Part shown: positions 12,691-25,765 of the stretch, in pieces | Position numbering within the stretch: the first letter of the stretch is position 1 | Layout: every line of letters starts with the position of its first letter | DNA from: Malacoraja senta | Taxonomy: Eukaryota | DNA length: 64,000 nucleotides | Direction of reading: 5' to 3' | Assembly (NCBI GenBank): GCA_038087875.1 | Contig: CM075988.1 | Span: 22,012,001-22,076,000 of the forward strand | Translations under genes and position numbers: made by a program | Notes under the pieces: model-generated | Told to the model about the DNA's origin: nothing | Databases searched by the model: none | Seen by the model: only the letters and a program-made list of their open reading frames with translations

Positions 12691-13997
12691 TGAAGCAGTG
12701 ACACAGGTAGACACAGACTCTGGAAGAAAACATGTACAGGCCTCTCGTGTTTTACACGGGGGTTAGGTGCTTAAAGAAGTGTGTAATTCTAAAACGTTTA
12801 AGTCAAACGTATACACGACTGCGCCGTCAGCAGTAAATTTGATCGTGTTAAATCAGCAATCTTCTTTTTTTCGTGTCCATCTTGTTACAAATGTTGAAGG
12901 GCCGAATGGCCTCCTCCTGCACCTATTGTCTATTGTTGGCCTCGCTGTCATCGTCCGTCCTGAAAAGAACGCGAGCTTCCGGCGACAATCAGTGGGAGGC
13001 ATCAATTGTCGCAATAGACGATGGTGGTAGCAGATTTAGCTCAGGATACTTCCGGTTTCTAGCCCCGCGACGTGAATGCTTCTGCTATGGGGCGAAATCA
13101 GCAATGGTGGTAAAGGAACTAGCGCATTATTTCAAAATCATACAAATCAAAAGAGACATAAAACGCAAGAGGCCTGTAATTGATTCATCGGATGAGGCAC
13201 TGAGTGTATTATCTAGGCATCATCATGTTATGGTCGTACAATACGTTGGAGTATTGTATGCATTTCTTGTCACCATGCTAAGTAGTGAATTGTGAAAGGC
13301 CTGGATAGAGTGGATGTTTCCACCAGTGGGAGAGTCGAGGACCAGAGGCCACAGCCTCAGAACTAAAGGACGTACCTTTGGAAAGGAGATGAGGAGGAAT
13401 TGCTTAAGTCAGACGGTGGTGAATCTGTTGAATTCATAGCCACAGACGACTGCGGAGGCCAAGTCAACAGATATTTATAAGGTGGAGATTGATAGATTCT
13501 TTATCAGTACGGATGTCAGGGGTTATGGGAAGACAGGAGAATGGGGTTGAGAGGGAAAGATAGATCAGCCATGATTGAATGGCGGAGTAGACTTGATGGG
13601 CCGAAAGGCCTAATTCTGCTCCTATAGCCTATGAACCTATAATGGAAGGATGTGATTGCAGAGATTCCAGAAAAAAATCCATAGAATTGTTCCTTGGGCA
13701 GGAATGACTGAGTTATCAGGAGAGATTGGATAGACTGGGACTGACTTCCCTGGAGCAAAGAAGGCAGAAAGGTGACCCTCTGGAGATTTATAACATTATG
13801 AGGGGCATAGACAGAGCGGAACAGTCATAGTCTGTGGAAATCTAAAACTAGAGAGCACAGGTTTAAGGTGAGAGTGGAAAAATTTAAACAAGATCTGAGG
13901 GGCAACTTTTTCCTCACATTGGGGGGGGTAGTTATATCTAACAAGCTGCCAGAGGAGGTGGCAGAGTCAGGCACAATAACAATGCCTAAAGACATTT

Positions 13998-14272
13998 CCG
14001 GTGGCGCAGTGGTAGAGTTGCTCCTTTACAGCGCCGGAGACCCGGGTTCGATCCCGACCACGGGTGCTGTCTGTACGGAGTTTGTACCTTCTCCCCGTGA
14101 CCGCGTGGGTTTTCTCCGAGATCTTCGGTTTCCCTCCCACACTCTAAAGACGTAGAGGTTTGTAGGTTCGTTGGCTTGCTGTATGTGTAAATTGTGCGGG
14201 AATCACTGATCGGTGCGGTCTCAGTGGGCCGAAGGGCCTGTTTCCGTGCTGTATCTTTAAACTAAACTAAAC
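13998..14272 (+). mobile_element. tRNA-derived V-SINE (HE1-like)
   Basis: GGTGGCGCAGTGGTAGAG...GGGTTCGATCCC head; (AAACT)n tail. Confidence 0.85.
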
Positions 14273-14867
14273 ATTTGGCCAGGTACATGGATAGGAAGTG
14301 TTCAGAGGAATTGTAGCCAGACGCAGGCAAATGGGATTGGATACTCATTTGTTCGGCATGAACCAGCAGGACCTATTTCCGTGCTGTATAACTCTATGAA
14401 TCGTTATAATGAAATACAAAACATTTGCTCAGTGATCCCTATATAAATAAGAGTATATAATGCACCAAACTGCTGACACAGATAGACTTCAAAATGGACC
14501 AATTTTTCAATGAAAATTTGTCAGTGCCAAATCAAGTGGCAGTGCCAACTTCAATTAAAATGAACAACCCCTTCAATATCTAACCAAATTGTTTAGAGAT
14601 AAGAGGGCAGAAACAGGCCCTTCAGCCCACCACGCCAACCGGCAATCCCCGTACACTAGCACTATCCTGCACAATAGGGACAATTTACAATCTTTACCGA
14701 AGCCAATTAACCTACAAACCTGTCTGTCTTTGGAGTGTGGGAGGAAACTGAAGATCTCATCCACCAAACGACTTAAACGATTATGTGTGTCAATATAAGC
14801 AGCTGAACTTCCCGTTGCCCTGCATTGCACCTGTCGCCACTGCAGCACGACAAACCTTCACTATGGA

Positions 14868-15066
14868 TAGACACAAAATGCTGGAGTAACTCAGCGAGAC
14901 AGGCAGCATCTCTGGAGAGAAGAAATGGCTGAAGTTTAGGGTCTCGGCCCGAAACGTCACCCAATCCTTCTCTCCAGAGGTGCTGCCTGCCCCGCTGAGT
15001 TACTCCAGCATTTTGTGTCTATCTTCGGTGTAAACCAGCATCTGCAGTTCCTTCCTACACAATAAT
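14868..15066. mobile_element. Fold-back Penelope-derived element
   Basis: Palindrome with 13-bp TSD ccttcactatgga (14855-14867, 15067-15079). Confidence 0.8.
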
Positions 15067-15237
15067 CCTTCACTATGGAACTCACAGAGTGTCAACATGA
15101 GTTAATGGAGGCCGAATCCTAAAGGGTTAATAATTTAGAATTAAAACGGTGTATAGCATCCCACAGTGGAGGATGTCAGCAGCACAGTGGCAGCTTGCTG
15201 TCGGTGAGGTGTAGCTGGAATTTCTCTCGGACCCACC

Positions 15238-15271
15238 CAAAGATACTAGAGCGGAGATACTATGATCTTTG
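15238..15271. mobile_element. 34-bp hAT-like micro-element
   Basis: CAAAGATACTAGAG...GATCTTTG with perfect 8-bp TSD gacccacc. Confidence 0.75.
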
Positions 15272-15892
15272 GACCCACCTACATCGACTCTGTCTCATTT
15301 TGTTTCATTGCTTGTGATAACAACAGCTGTGTGCTTCGTGTCAACACTGAGGAGCGTGTGATAACAATATGGGGATGGCACCTAAATTCAGATACTGCAG
15401 AGTAACTTCATTGTTCCGTGAGACTGTGGAACATGATTGAAAAAAATAAATAAAGGACAATGGTTAATAGTCTAGCGTCCAAGGTAATAGACATAGAACC
15501 CTCTAGCCCAACCAAGATCCCCCCATCTAAGCCAGTCCTATTTGCCCACATTGACCCATATTCCTCGAACCCTTTTCTTCCATTTACCTGTCCAAATATC
15601 TTTTTAACTATTAGTATTGTACCTGCTTCAACTAATGCTGCTTGCAATTCATTACATACACTCTCCATCCTCCGAGTGAAATAGTTGTCCCTCAAGTTCC
15701 TATTAAATTCTGCCCCCTTATCTTCTCAACAGCCAGACCTGACCTCCCATCTACCTCACTGGAGACCTTTGAACGATCTTTAATCAGACTTTATCAGAGT
15801 CCAATGTTATATCTTGCATTAAATGTAGTACCGTTCATCCTTTATCCGTGTACGGTGGACGTTTGATTGTATTCATTTGCAGTCTTTTCTTT

Positions 15893-16110
15893 AAGAAGGA
15901 ACTGCAGATGCTGGAAAATCGAAGGTAGACAAAAGTGCTGGAGAAACTCAGCGGGTGCAGCAGCATCTATGGAGCGAAGGAAATAGGCAACGTTTCGGCC
16001 CGAAACCCTTCTTCAGGCTGAAGAAGGGTTTCAGCCCAAAACGTTGCCCATTTCCTTCGCTCCATAGATGCTGCCTCGCCCGCTGAGTTTCTCCAGCACT
16101 TTTGTCTACC
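15893..16110. mobile_element. Fold-back Penelope-derived element
   Basis: Palindrome with 15-bp TSD tgcagtcttttcttt (15878-15892, 16111-16125). Confidence 0.8.
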
Positions 16111-19100
16111 TGCAGTCTTTTCTTTGACTGGATAGCACGCAAACAAAAGCTTTTCACTGCACCTCGGAACATGTGACAATAAGAAACTAAATTAAACCAA
16201 AAAGCTAAACTAATCTAAACTCAACTAAACTGCTCAGCTCAACTTAGCTTAAACTAAACTCTATGTCCTCTGGTTCTGGATTCCCCGACCCTGGCAAAAA
16301 GACTCTGTGCATTCACCCGATCTATTCCCCTCATGATTTTATGCACCACTATTAGATCCCCCCTCCCCCCGCACAGGGAGAACAAGGAGGGAAGAGACGG
16401 AGACTAAGACTTTGCCTCCATCACAGTGAGGGTGTGCTTGGTGAACTCACTGTGGTGGATGTTTAATTTGTGTTTATTGTCTGTTTTGTTATTATTGGTT
16501 CTGTGTATGACTGCAGGCAACATAATTTCGTTCAGACCGAAAGGTCTGAATGACAATAAAGGAATCTATCTATCTCTCTATCTATCTATCTCATTGTTGT
16601 AGAAAGATAGGGATCAAGAAGCTCGAGTGGCAGCAAGGATTGCAGAAGAGGTTACAGGAGTGCAGAGAGAAGAAGCTGTCTGGAGGTCGTGTAGAATCAT
16701 AAGGTCATAAATGATAGGATGACATCCGTGTGGTTAAAGGCAAGGAGCAGGAGGGTAAGGTGCAATGTGGCGGTGTGCATTCTCCAGGCTGCTAAATATT
16801 GAGAGGAGGATGTGGAGGAGCAACTCTGCCGTGAATCACATAAATACGGACAAGCGGAGGGTTTCAATTACTCCAAAACTTGGTGAGTGTAAACACACCC
16901 CCCCCCCTCCCCCCAAAAAAACTTTATGAAATGCATTTGGGAGAAATTCTTTGATCAGTATGTTTACAGCCCAATGAAGTTGTACTTGTGTGAATACAAT
17001 GTTCAGTAGATGCAACAAACGTACTCAGCATTGCTGTTTATTTAAATACATTGGATGGCTTGCACAGTTCCTAAACACATTTAGATTAGTACTGGTGTCA
17101 GGGATTGTGTGGAGAAGTCAGGAGAATGGGGGTTAAGAGGGAAAGATAGATCAGCTACGATTGAATGGCAGAGTTGACCTGATGGGCCAAATGGCCTAAT
17201 TCTGCTCTTATCACTTACGAACTTATGAGCACACACTGAATTCAAATGACGTCACGCGCTCCAGGTGGCTGTGCGGATGCATGATGACGCGCGCGACCAT
17301 CGCGCGTCTGTCATTACCGGCCTGTCGCGTAAATGACGGCCAAGTGGGACAGGCCCTTTACACCGCACCTCATTTAAACTTTCACTCTCTGACCTTAAGG
17401 CTGTGCCCTCCAGCATGCGGCATTTCCAGCCTTAGTGAAGCATCATCCATTTACCACAGTTCAGACATAGAACTTTTTGTTCTGTGACCTCATCATATGT
17501 CGATGAATCGACACAGAGATCAAACAGGATACAGGTTCTATACAGAAACAGGAAATTCCAATGTTGCTGCACCCTTTGAAATGTAAAGAGGTCTAACCAG
17601 TCTCCCTCTACTACTCCCCTTCCTCTGTCAAACCTATGTGGCAATTAAACAACTTCTGTAACTGGACGGCACGGTGGCGTAGCGGTAGAACTACTGCCTT
17701 CCAGCGACAGAGACCTAGGTTCGATCCTGACTACGGGTGCTTGTCTGTACGTTCTCCCCATGACCTGCGTGGGTTTTCTCCGAGATCTTCGCTTTCCTCC
17801 GACACTCCAAAGTCGTACGTTAATTCACTTGGTATAAGTGTAAATTGTCCCCAGAGTATGTGGGATAGTGTTAGTGAGCGGGGATCGCTGGTCGCACTGT
17901 AGTCGGGATCGAACCCGGTTCACTGGCGCTATAAGTGCTGCAACACTACCGTTGCGCCACTGTGCCTCTCAGGTAGTTCCTGTATTAGACACGTTTCCAC
18001 AAATATAATACGATCGATGAATTAGGAAACACTGTTTGCATTATGTGGGTTATAACGCTAAAGATAGACACAAAAGCTGGAGTAACTGGTGCGGGACAGA
18101 CAGCATCTCTGAATAGAAGGAATGGGTGACGTTTTGGGTCGAGACCAGACTTATAACGCTACTTTGATAAGGAACTAAAGAAGCCATTAAAAGTTATTTT
18201 GGAAATTGGCAATTAAAAAAACCCACTGGAGTCTTGTTTTTGTTTCTGACCCGAAATGTCACACATCCATGTTCTCCAGCGATGCTGCCCGACCAGCTGA
18301 GTTACTCCTGCACTTTGTATCTATCTTCAGTATAATCCAGCATTTGCAGTTCCTTCGTACACAAGCAATAAAAATAAGTCGACTGGAAAAATATCTGTAT
18401 TTCCTGTAGTAATCAGACACTATTGTATCTTAAGAACACAGCTGCTACTTTCAATGTGGGAGCCCATTGAAATTGAATAGCGATCGCTTCTATTAACATT
18501 TAAACAATGCCACATATAGCCTTTTGTAATTTTAGCTTGCAGTAACAAAAATCATTTCATAGTTATTAAAAAGAGCTTTCTTTTTGACCGAAGGGTCACC
18601 TAATGATTTCCAGTAAACTAGACTGGATCACACAATGCTGATGGATTGGATAGGTTTAGAATGGAGAGGTAGACACAAAAAGCTGGAGTAACTCAGCGGG
18701 ACAGGCAAAATCTCTGGAGAGAAGGAACGGGTGACGTTTCGGGTCGAGACCATTCTTCAGACTGGTTAGGGATAAGGGTAACGAGAGATATAGACCATGA
18801 TGTGGAGAGATAAAGGATGAAGAGGACAGGTTTAGAGGGATTTGGGCCAAATGCAGGCAAGTGGGACTAGTGTAGATAAGGTTGTTGGTTGCATGTTTGT
18901 CGGCGTGGGCAAGTTGGGCCTGTTTCCATGCTGTGTGACTCTGATCACTCTGCAGTTTTCACCCACACGCCAATGGGGCCATATGCATGGATGTTACACC
19001 CCTGTTGTCAGCAAAGTGGAGACACAAGGAACTGCAGATGCTGGAAACTTGAGAAAAAGCAAAGCGCAGGAGAATCTCAGCGGGTCATGCAGCATCTGTG

Positions 19101-21780
19101 GAAAGAATGGACAGACATTGCTTCTGAAGTAGGGTCCTGACCCTGTCTGTCTATTTAGTTTAGCTTATTATTGTGACGAGCACCAAGGTACAGTGAAAAG
19201 CTCCTTTTGTTGCGTGCTATCCAGTCAGTAGACAATAGGTGCAGGAGTAGGCCATTCGGCCCTTCGTGCCAGCACCGCCATTCTAGGTGATCATGGCTGA
19301 TCACATTGATCAGCCATGATCAATGAAAAGACTATACATGATTATAATCAAGCCATCCACAGTATACAGATGCAGGATAAAGGGAATAACTTTGAATACA
19401 AGATAAAGACCAATTAAAGATAGTCCAAGAGTCTCCCATGAGGTAGATGGTGGATCAAGTCCGCTCTCTAGGTGGTGATAGGATTGGTCCATTGCCTGAG
19501 AACAGATGCTGCCTGACCCGCTAAGTCACTTTATTTTCCAGTAAATTAACTTAGTATTTGCCAAATATATACAGTATGTGGGCTTTGTACCCTTTAACGC
19601 TGGTATGTGAATCTTTCAAAGTATCTTTGTAATTGTTGAGAAGTTTATCTAGATATGGAAGTGATCAAAGGTCATGAGTGTTTTTTTGTCATATGTACCG
19701 GAATGGGACAAAGAAATTCTTACTTGCAGCACCAGCAGCACAACAGGTTTGTAAACACGATGCTCAGTAGATAATATAATAACCAAATGAAAAAGGTTGC
19801 AAGTTATAGGAGTAGAATTACGCTTTTCGCCCCATCGAGTCTACTCCACCATTTAATCACGGCTGATCTCTGCCTCCCAATCCCATTTTCCCGCCTTCTC
19901 CCCATAACCCCCAACACCTGTTCTTACGAAGAAGTCAACATTGGTCCCTTAACCAGTTATGACATTAAAATGCAAGGTTTAAGAGTTCTTCCCGAGTTCA
20001 AAATAATAAAAATGTTGAAAAACACCATATAATTAAACTATTAGAGTATGCAGAACACAGTGAATACATTCCACACTCTTTTTGACATTTGGAATTAAGT
20101 GATTTTAGTTTAAGTGGTATCCAAGACCAAACTAGGCTATGCATAATAGATTTTGTGATACAACATGGAAACTTGCCGCCCGGCCCACACTGATCAACAA
20201 CCACCCATTTACACTAATCCCGCTCTAATCTAATCCAACTTTATCCTCACCGTATTGTCATCAACTTTCCCCAGATTCCATCACTCACTACACACTAGGG
20301 GTAATTTACAAAGGATAATCAACTGAACCAACCGATCAAGCCTTTGGGATGTGGGAGGAAGCCACACAGACACAGGGGGGACGTGCAAACTCCAAACAGA
20401 CAGCACCCAAGGTCAGGATTGAAAATAAACTCAAATGGTGAATTTTATTTCACCATATGCAAAATCAATGCGAAAAGACATTTTGGTTTATTTACATTTA
20501 CAGGTTAAGACAGTTCTACCCTTATTTGCAGCAACATCCTCTGGAAGATTTGGCACTCCATGGGTTGGTGGGTGCAGGGTGATTTATGCTGGCTTGCACA
20601 TTACATTAACATCGCTTAGCCTTAAAATACAGAACTGCAGTGTAAAACATTGTTATTTAAAAAGATAAGGAGGTGGCATACCGTTCAGTTATTTATTTCA
20701 GGGTTTGTGCACAGAATACCAGCGTGTGATGAACAATTCTCATGCAAGCATAAATCCCATTCCCCGCGGATGCCACAGGGCTGAGAATAAGCGTGGGAGA
20801 AAAATGCAAGGTTGGCCAGAAGAGATGGAAGAGAATGGTTCCCAAGATGGCTGACCACAGTTACAAGGGTAGGTTCGAGAGCCACTCGGAGTAATAGAAT
20901 AGAATACTTTATTGTCACATGTTTTAGTATTAGTTTTCGAGATACGGTGTGGAAACAGGCCCTTCGGCCCACCGAGTCCATGCCGACCAGCGATCCCTGC
21001 ACATTTACGCTATCCTACACACACTAGGGACAATTTACCAGGCCAATTAACCTACAAACTTGTACAATCTGTGACAAGCCACAGTGATTATTTGCTTGCA
21101 TATCTTGCCAAGGTATGCAAATAGTCATCACGTAAACGGCGTTTAAAAGTTACAAAATTAAATGGAAGAATCGCTGACCACAGTTAAAAGATAAATTTGG
21201 GAGCAACTAGGGCAAATGAAATGTGGTTTAATTAGTAGAACAGAGTCAAGTAAAATAGAGTCATACAGCGTGGAAAAAGGCCCTTCAGCCCAACTGGCCC
21301 ATGCTGACCAACATGCCCCATCTACACTAGTCCCACCAGCCTGCATTTGGCCAATATCCCTTTAAACTTGTCCTATCCATGTCCCTGTCTAAATGTTTTT
21401 TTTTTTTTTAAATGTTGTGGCATGAGTTGTCACAGCCCAAAAAGAGGCCATTTGGTTGATGAACAGGATTTTATAAAGTAAGAGGGTCTTTGCAGAATGG
21501 ATTATGCCATACTCTTCCCTTGGTGGCGGGGTCAAGCACTTGAGTTCTTAAGTAGAGTTGGGTTTAGTCTGTTGTCATGTGTACCGAGGTATAATGAAAA
21601 GCTTTCGTTGCGTGCTAACCAGTCAGTGGAAAAGTATAAAGGGAAAGAAAGATAACACTTTTTTTTTTTTAACACATAGTTTACGGTTGGAATCTAGCAT
21701 GCAATGCCGAGAATGTGGTGAAAACAGGTTCCCTTGCTGTCTTCAATGGGTAATTGAGTAGATAAGATAAGACCAGCGGA

Positions 21781-22066
21781 AGGCACGGTGGCACAGCGGT
21801 AGAGTTGCTGCCTTACAGCGCCAGAGACAGGGGTTCGATCCTAACTACGGGTGCAGTCTGTACGGAGTTTGTACATTCTCCCGTGACCGTGTGGGTTTTC
21901 TCCCGGGATCTTTGGTTTTCGCCCATACTCCAAAGACGTACGGGTTTGTAGGTTAATTGGCTTGGTAAGTTGTTCCTATTGTGTGTAGGATAGCGTTAAT
22001 GTGCTGGGTGTCAGCGGACTCGGTGGGCCGAAGGGCTTTTTCCGCGCTGTATCTCCAAAACAAAAA
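21781..22066 (+). mobile_element. tRNA-derived V-SINE (HE1-like)
   Basis: Full head-core-tail structure. Confidence 0.85.
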
Positions 22067-22359
22067 CATGTGACAAATAAACTAAACCGTATAATGAAAT
22101 CTCCTTGTAACTAACTTTTCACACGATGGAATCTGGGAGTGCGCTGCTTACAGATGTGGGTGGAGCCAGGAAACCTAGTGGTCTCGAGAAGTACGGGGAT
22201 AAAATCTGAGAAAGGACGAGGTTATGGACTTAGTGAGTCCAGCAGAGGCACGCTGGACTTAGAATTCACCACTCGACACGCCGACCACAGTACCCGATGT
22301 GTCGGAAGGGACGACAGATGCCTGTTTACACCGAAGATAGACACAAAAAGCTGGAGTAA

Positions 22360-22690
22360 TAGCCCCTGTCCCACGGTACGAGTTCATTCCAAGAGCTCTC
22401 CCGAGTTTAAAAAAAATCAAACTCGTGGTAAGCACGGAGAATGAACATAGCGGGTACGACGGAGCTCGGGGACGTCTCTTAGCGGCTCGTTACGCTAACG
22501 GCAGGTACTCGGGAAGACTCGCTAATGGCAGGCAAGCTCGGGATGACTCCTGAAGATTTTTCAACATGATGAAAAATGTCCACGAGAGCCCCGAGTACCG
22601 ACGAGCGGCCATTACCGTAAATCTCCGAGTTCGAATCAGGGCAAATTCAGGAGAGCTCTTGGAATGAACTCGTACCATGGGAGAGGGCTA
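22360..22690. mobile_element. PIF/Harbinger-type MITE inserted in a Penelope repeat
   Basis: ~40-bp TIR TAGCCCCTGTCCCACGGTACGAGTTCATTCCAAGAGCTCTCC; flanks TAA/TTA. Confidence 0.85.
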
Positions 22691-23659
22691 TTACTCAGCG
22701 GGACAGGCAACATCTCCGGAGAGAAGGAATGGGTGACGTTCTTTGATGTGCAGGGAGAATATCAGCAGAGGAGTGGAAGGGGTTAAGAGGTGATATAGAA
22801 ACACGCGAGTCATCTCAGTCTTGGAGAACTGGTTTGGGACGAATGAGGGCTGTCGGCATTGTTTTTCTTCAAAGGCATAAAGAGGCTTTGTAAAGGAATA
22901 CCTCATGGTTCGCCCATCTCCCAGCCCCCCCCCCCCCCCCCCCCACCTTTGCCTCATAACATTAGACGTGATGGCGTGCAATTTCTTCCAGGACACGGAG
23001 TTCGTGCCGATACACCTTGATCAAATCTCTCATAGCAAAGTAGCACATACAGTTCCAGATGCTCTGCCACCGCACCACACGGTAATGTTCTCCATATCTC
23101 TTGTCACACGCTGTTAGTTTCCCCGTAATAAAACACAACCCCATCAATTTATCACAACCTGATCCTATAGCTGAGGCACTGATGTGTGCCTTCAACCTCC
23201 ACCACTTCAGCCAAAGGAAAACAGACAATCTATTCATGGCCAAGCCATTAACCTGGCCATTCCGTCCAAACCCAGGATATTGTGACCATGCGTCACTGAC
23301 TAAACGTCACTAATCTTCTCACAGAATGCAAAACACTCGCTGGGAAAATGCAAGTTAGCACAGAGACCAGGGCACTTTGGTTAAGTGAACCAAAGAAAAA
23401 TCTCCATGCTGTTATAATACTCCAAGGCTTGAGGGGCAGTAAGGACCCATGCTTAGCTCTCAGTCTGTGCTCCTTCATTCGAAAATGGTATTTGACTGTA
23501 ACATATCCAAGTTCATTAGTGTAAAGAAGTTCTAACGACACATCGTTACTTTACTATCTTTATTCATACTGGAGCATTACATATTGCACTAGCTGTACGT
23601 GGTCTGTCACAGGAACTAGAGAACGATCTGTGGGTGGGGAGGTTGTAGTTATACTTATA

Positions 23660-23708
23660 TTCTGGTCTCCAACTGGAGGCGTGGGTTCGAATCCCACTTC
23701 TGACACCA
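23660..23708 (+). pseudogene. 3' half of tRNA-Leu(CAA) including CCA (49 nt, extended PBS)
   Basis: TTCTGGTCTCCAACTGGAGGCGTGGGTTCGAATCCCACTTCTGACACCA matches vertebrate tRNA-Leu(CAA) from position 38 to CCA. Confidence 0.88.
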
Positions 23709-23755
23709 TGTAAAGAAGTTCTAACGACACATCGTTACTTTACTATCTTTATTCA

Positions 23756-23759
<4 letters not shown>

Positions 23760-23791
<32 letters not shown>

Positions 23792-24091
23792 CCGTAAATG
23801 TTTTTTTATTAGATTTTTAAACAAATGTACAATTTACAAGGAAGGGTAGAAAGCTCACACAATTTTAAAAACCATTTACACATAATTATCAAATTAAAAT
23901 ATTAACATTTTTATCTATAATATATTCAACCTCCTGCGGTGACCAGCGTTCACAGAAGGCCTCCACAGTCCCCGTGGACACCGCGTGTTCCCTCTCTAGG
24001 GACACGCGGGCACGGACGTAACCCCGGAAAAGGGGCAGGCAGCCGACCGCTGTGCGGCCGTCGACCGCCCGCTGCCTGGACCCGCGAATGG
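23760..24091 (-). mobile_element. 5'-truncated Tx1/L1-clade LINE
   Basis: Pure poly(A) tail, 14-bp TSD tctttattcatact (23746-23759, 24092-24105), homologous to 39116-39942. Confidence 0.85.
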
Positions 24092-24136
24092 TCTTTATTC
24101 ATACTGGAGCATTACATATTGCACTAGCTGTACGTG

Positions 24137-24336
24137 NNNNNNNNNNNNNNNNNNNNNNNNNNNNNNNNNNNNNNNNNNNNNNNNNNNNNNNNNNNNNNNN
24201 NNNNNNNNNNNNNNNNNNNNNNNNNNNNNNNNNNNNNNNNNNNNNNNNNNNNNNNNNNNNNNNNNNNNNNNNNNNNNNNNNNNNNNNNNNNNNNNNNNNN
24301 NNNNNNNNNNNNNNNNNNNNNNNNNNNNNNNNNNNN
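24137..24336. other. Assembly gap (200 N)
   Basis: Run of N. Confidence 1.
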
Positions 24337-25765
24337 CCCACACTCCAAAGACATACAGATCCTGACTGCGGGTACCGTCTGTACAGAGTTCGGACGTTCA
24401 GAAGGGAATAGATCTTTAAGGCAGTGAGTGTGGCTGCAATCACAGTCAGCGAGTGTGGGCTGCTTTGTCCAAATGACGTTGAACTTTTTCCAGTATTTCC
24501 TGAATTCCAGTAGGTGGCAAATTGCATGAACGGGAGGTCATTTTACCAGTCGCACAGAGAAACCTGAATCCATTGACAAATTAGAATGAAAATCTAATTT
24601 TAAAGCTTTATGCAACAACAGATGGGTAGGTTTACAATGAGTCATTCAGTAAACTGCAATATAGGTGTAAAATTGACTCTGTGGTATTAACCACAGTTTG
24701 TTTAGTTTAAATAAATGTCCAGTGCCAAGCTACGATAAGTATATCAAATATCAAAGGCGCTGCAATTAGGTTTCTTTCTATTGTTCATTGACTCAAGGAA
24801 GACACTTCACACAGACATCATTGTAAGGCCTCTATAAAAGGCTCATTGTTTAAAAGAAAAGTTAGTCATAGAGTCAGAGTGATACAATGTGGAAACAGGC
24901 CTTTCAGCCCAACTTGCACACACACCAGCCAACATGTCCCAGCTACACTAGTCCCACCTGCCTGCTATATCCCTCCAAAACTTGTCCATGTACCCGCCTG
25001 TTTCGTAAACGTTGGGATAGTCCCAGCCTCAACTACCTCCTCCGGCAGCTCGCTGCCAAGGAAATGCACATTGAAATAGTTTAGGTAGCCAACCATTACT
25101 TAAATTTGGTTCAAAAACCATCACCAAGCTGATTTGTCGCTGTGACAAATAAAAGCCAAGCAGAAAACCAAGATTAATTTGAAAGCTGTGTAACTATAGT
25201 CATACAGCGTGGAAACAGGCCCTTCGGCCCAACTTGCCCACACCAAACAAGATGTCCCATCTACACCAGTCACACCTGCCTGCGCTTGGCCCATATCCTT
25301 CTAAACCTGTAGGAAAGAACTGCAGATGCTGGTTTAAACCGAAGGTAGACAAAATGCTGGAGTAACTCAGCGGGACAGGCAGCATCACTGGAGAGTAGGA
25401 ATGGGTGACGTTTCGGGTCAAGACCTAAACCCTTCCTATCCATGTACCCGTCTAATTGTCCCTCAAACCTGCGCTAGTCCCTGCCTCAACTATCCCCTCC
25501 GGCAGCTTGTTCCATACACCCACCACCCTTTGTGTGAAAAAAGTACTCCTGCAGATTCCTATTAAATCTTCCCCCCTTCAGTTTAAACCTATGCCCTCTG
25601 GTCCTCGATTCCGCTACTCTGGGCAAGGGACTGTGCATCTACCGGATCTATTCCTCTCATGACATTATACACCTATATACTTTCAGGTATTAAAAGACGT
25701 CAAGAGTACTTAATTGTCATGTGTACCGACAAATGGAAAGAACATTCTTACTTTCAGCAGCTTAA

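Larger units (their letters stand above)
23520..24136 (-). mobile_element. LTR - tRNA copy - truncated LTR unit, interrupted by Tx1 and an assembly gap
   Basis: Direct repeat tgtaaagaagttctaacgacacatcg... at 23520 and 23709 (resuming at 24092), flanking the tRNA-Leu copy. Confidence 0.75.

Noticed and set aside
23660..23708. Functional tRNA-Leu genes (also 50716-50760)
   Set aside because: Only the 3' part is present, with genomic CCA and abutting an LTR. These are reverse-transcribed primer copies, not genes.
24052..24527. ORFs spanning 24137-24336
   Set aside because: They are open only because of the N gap.
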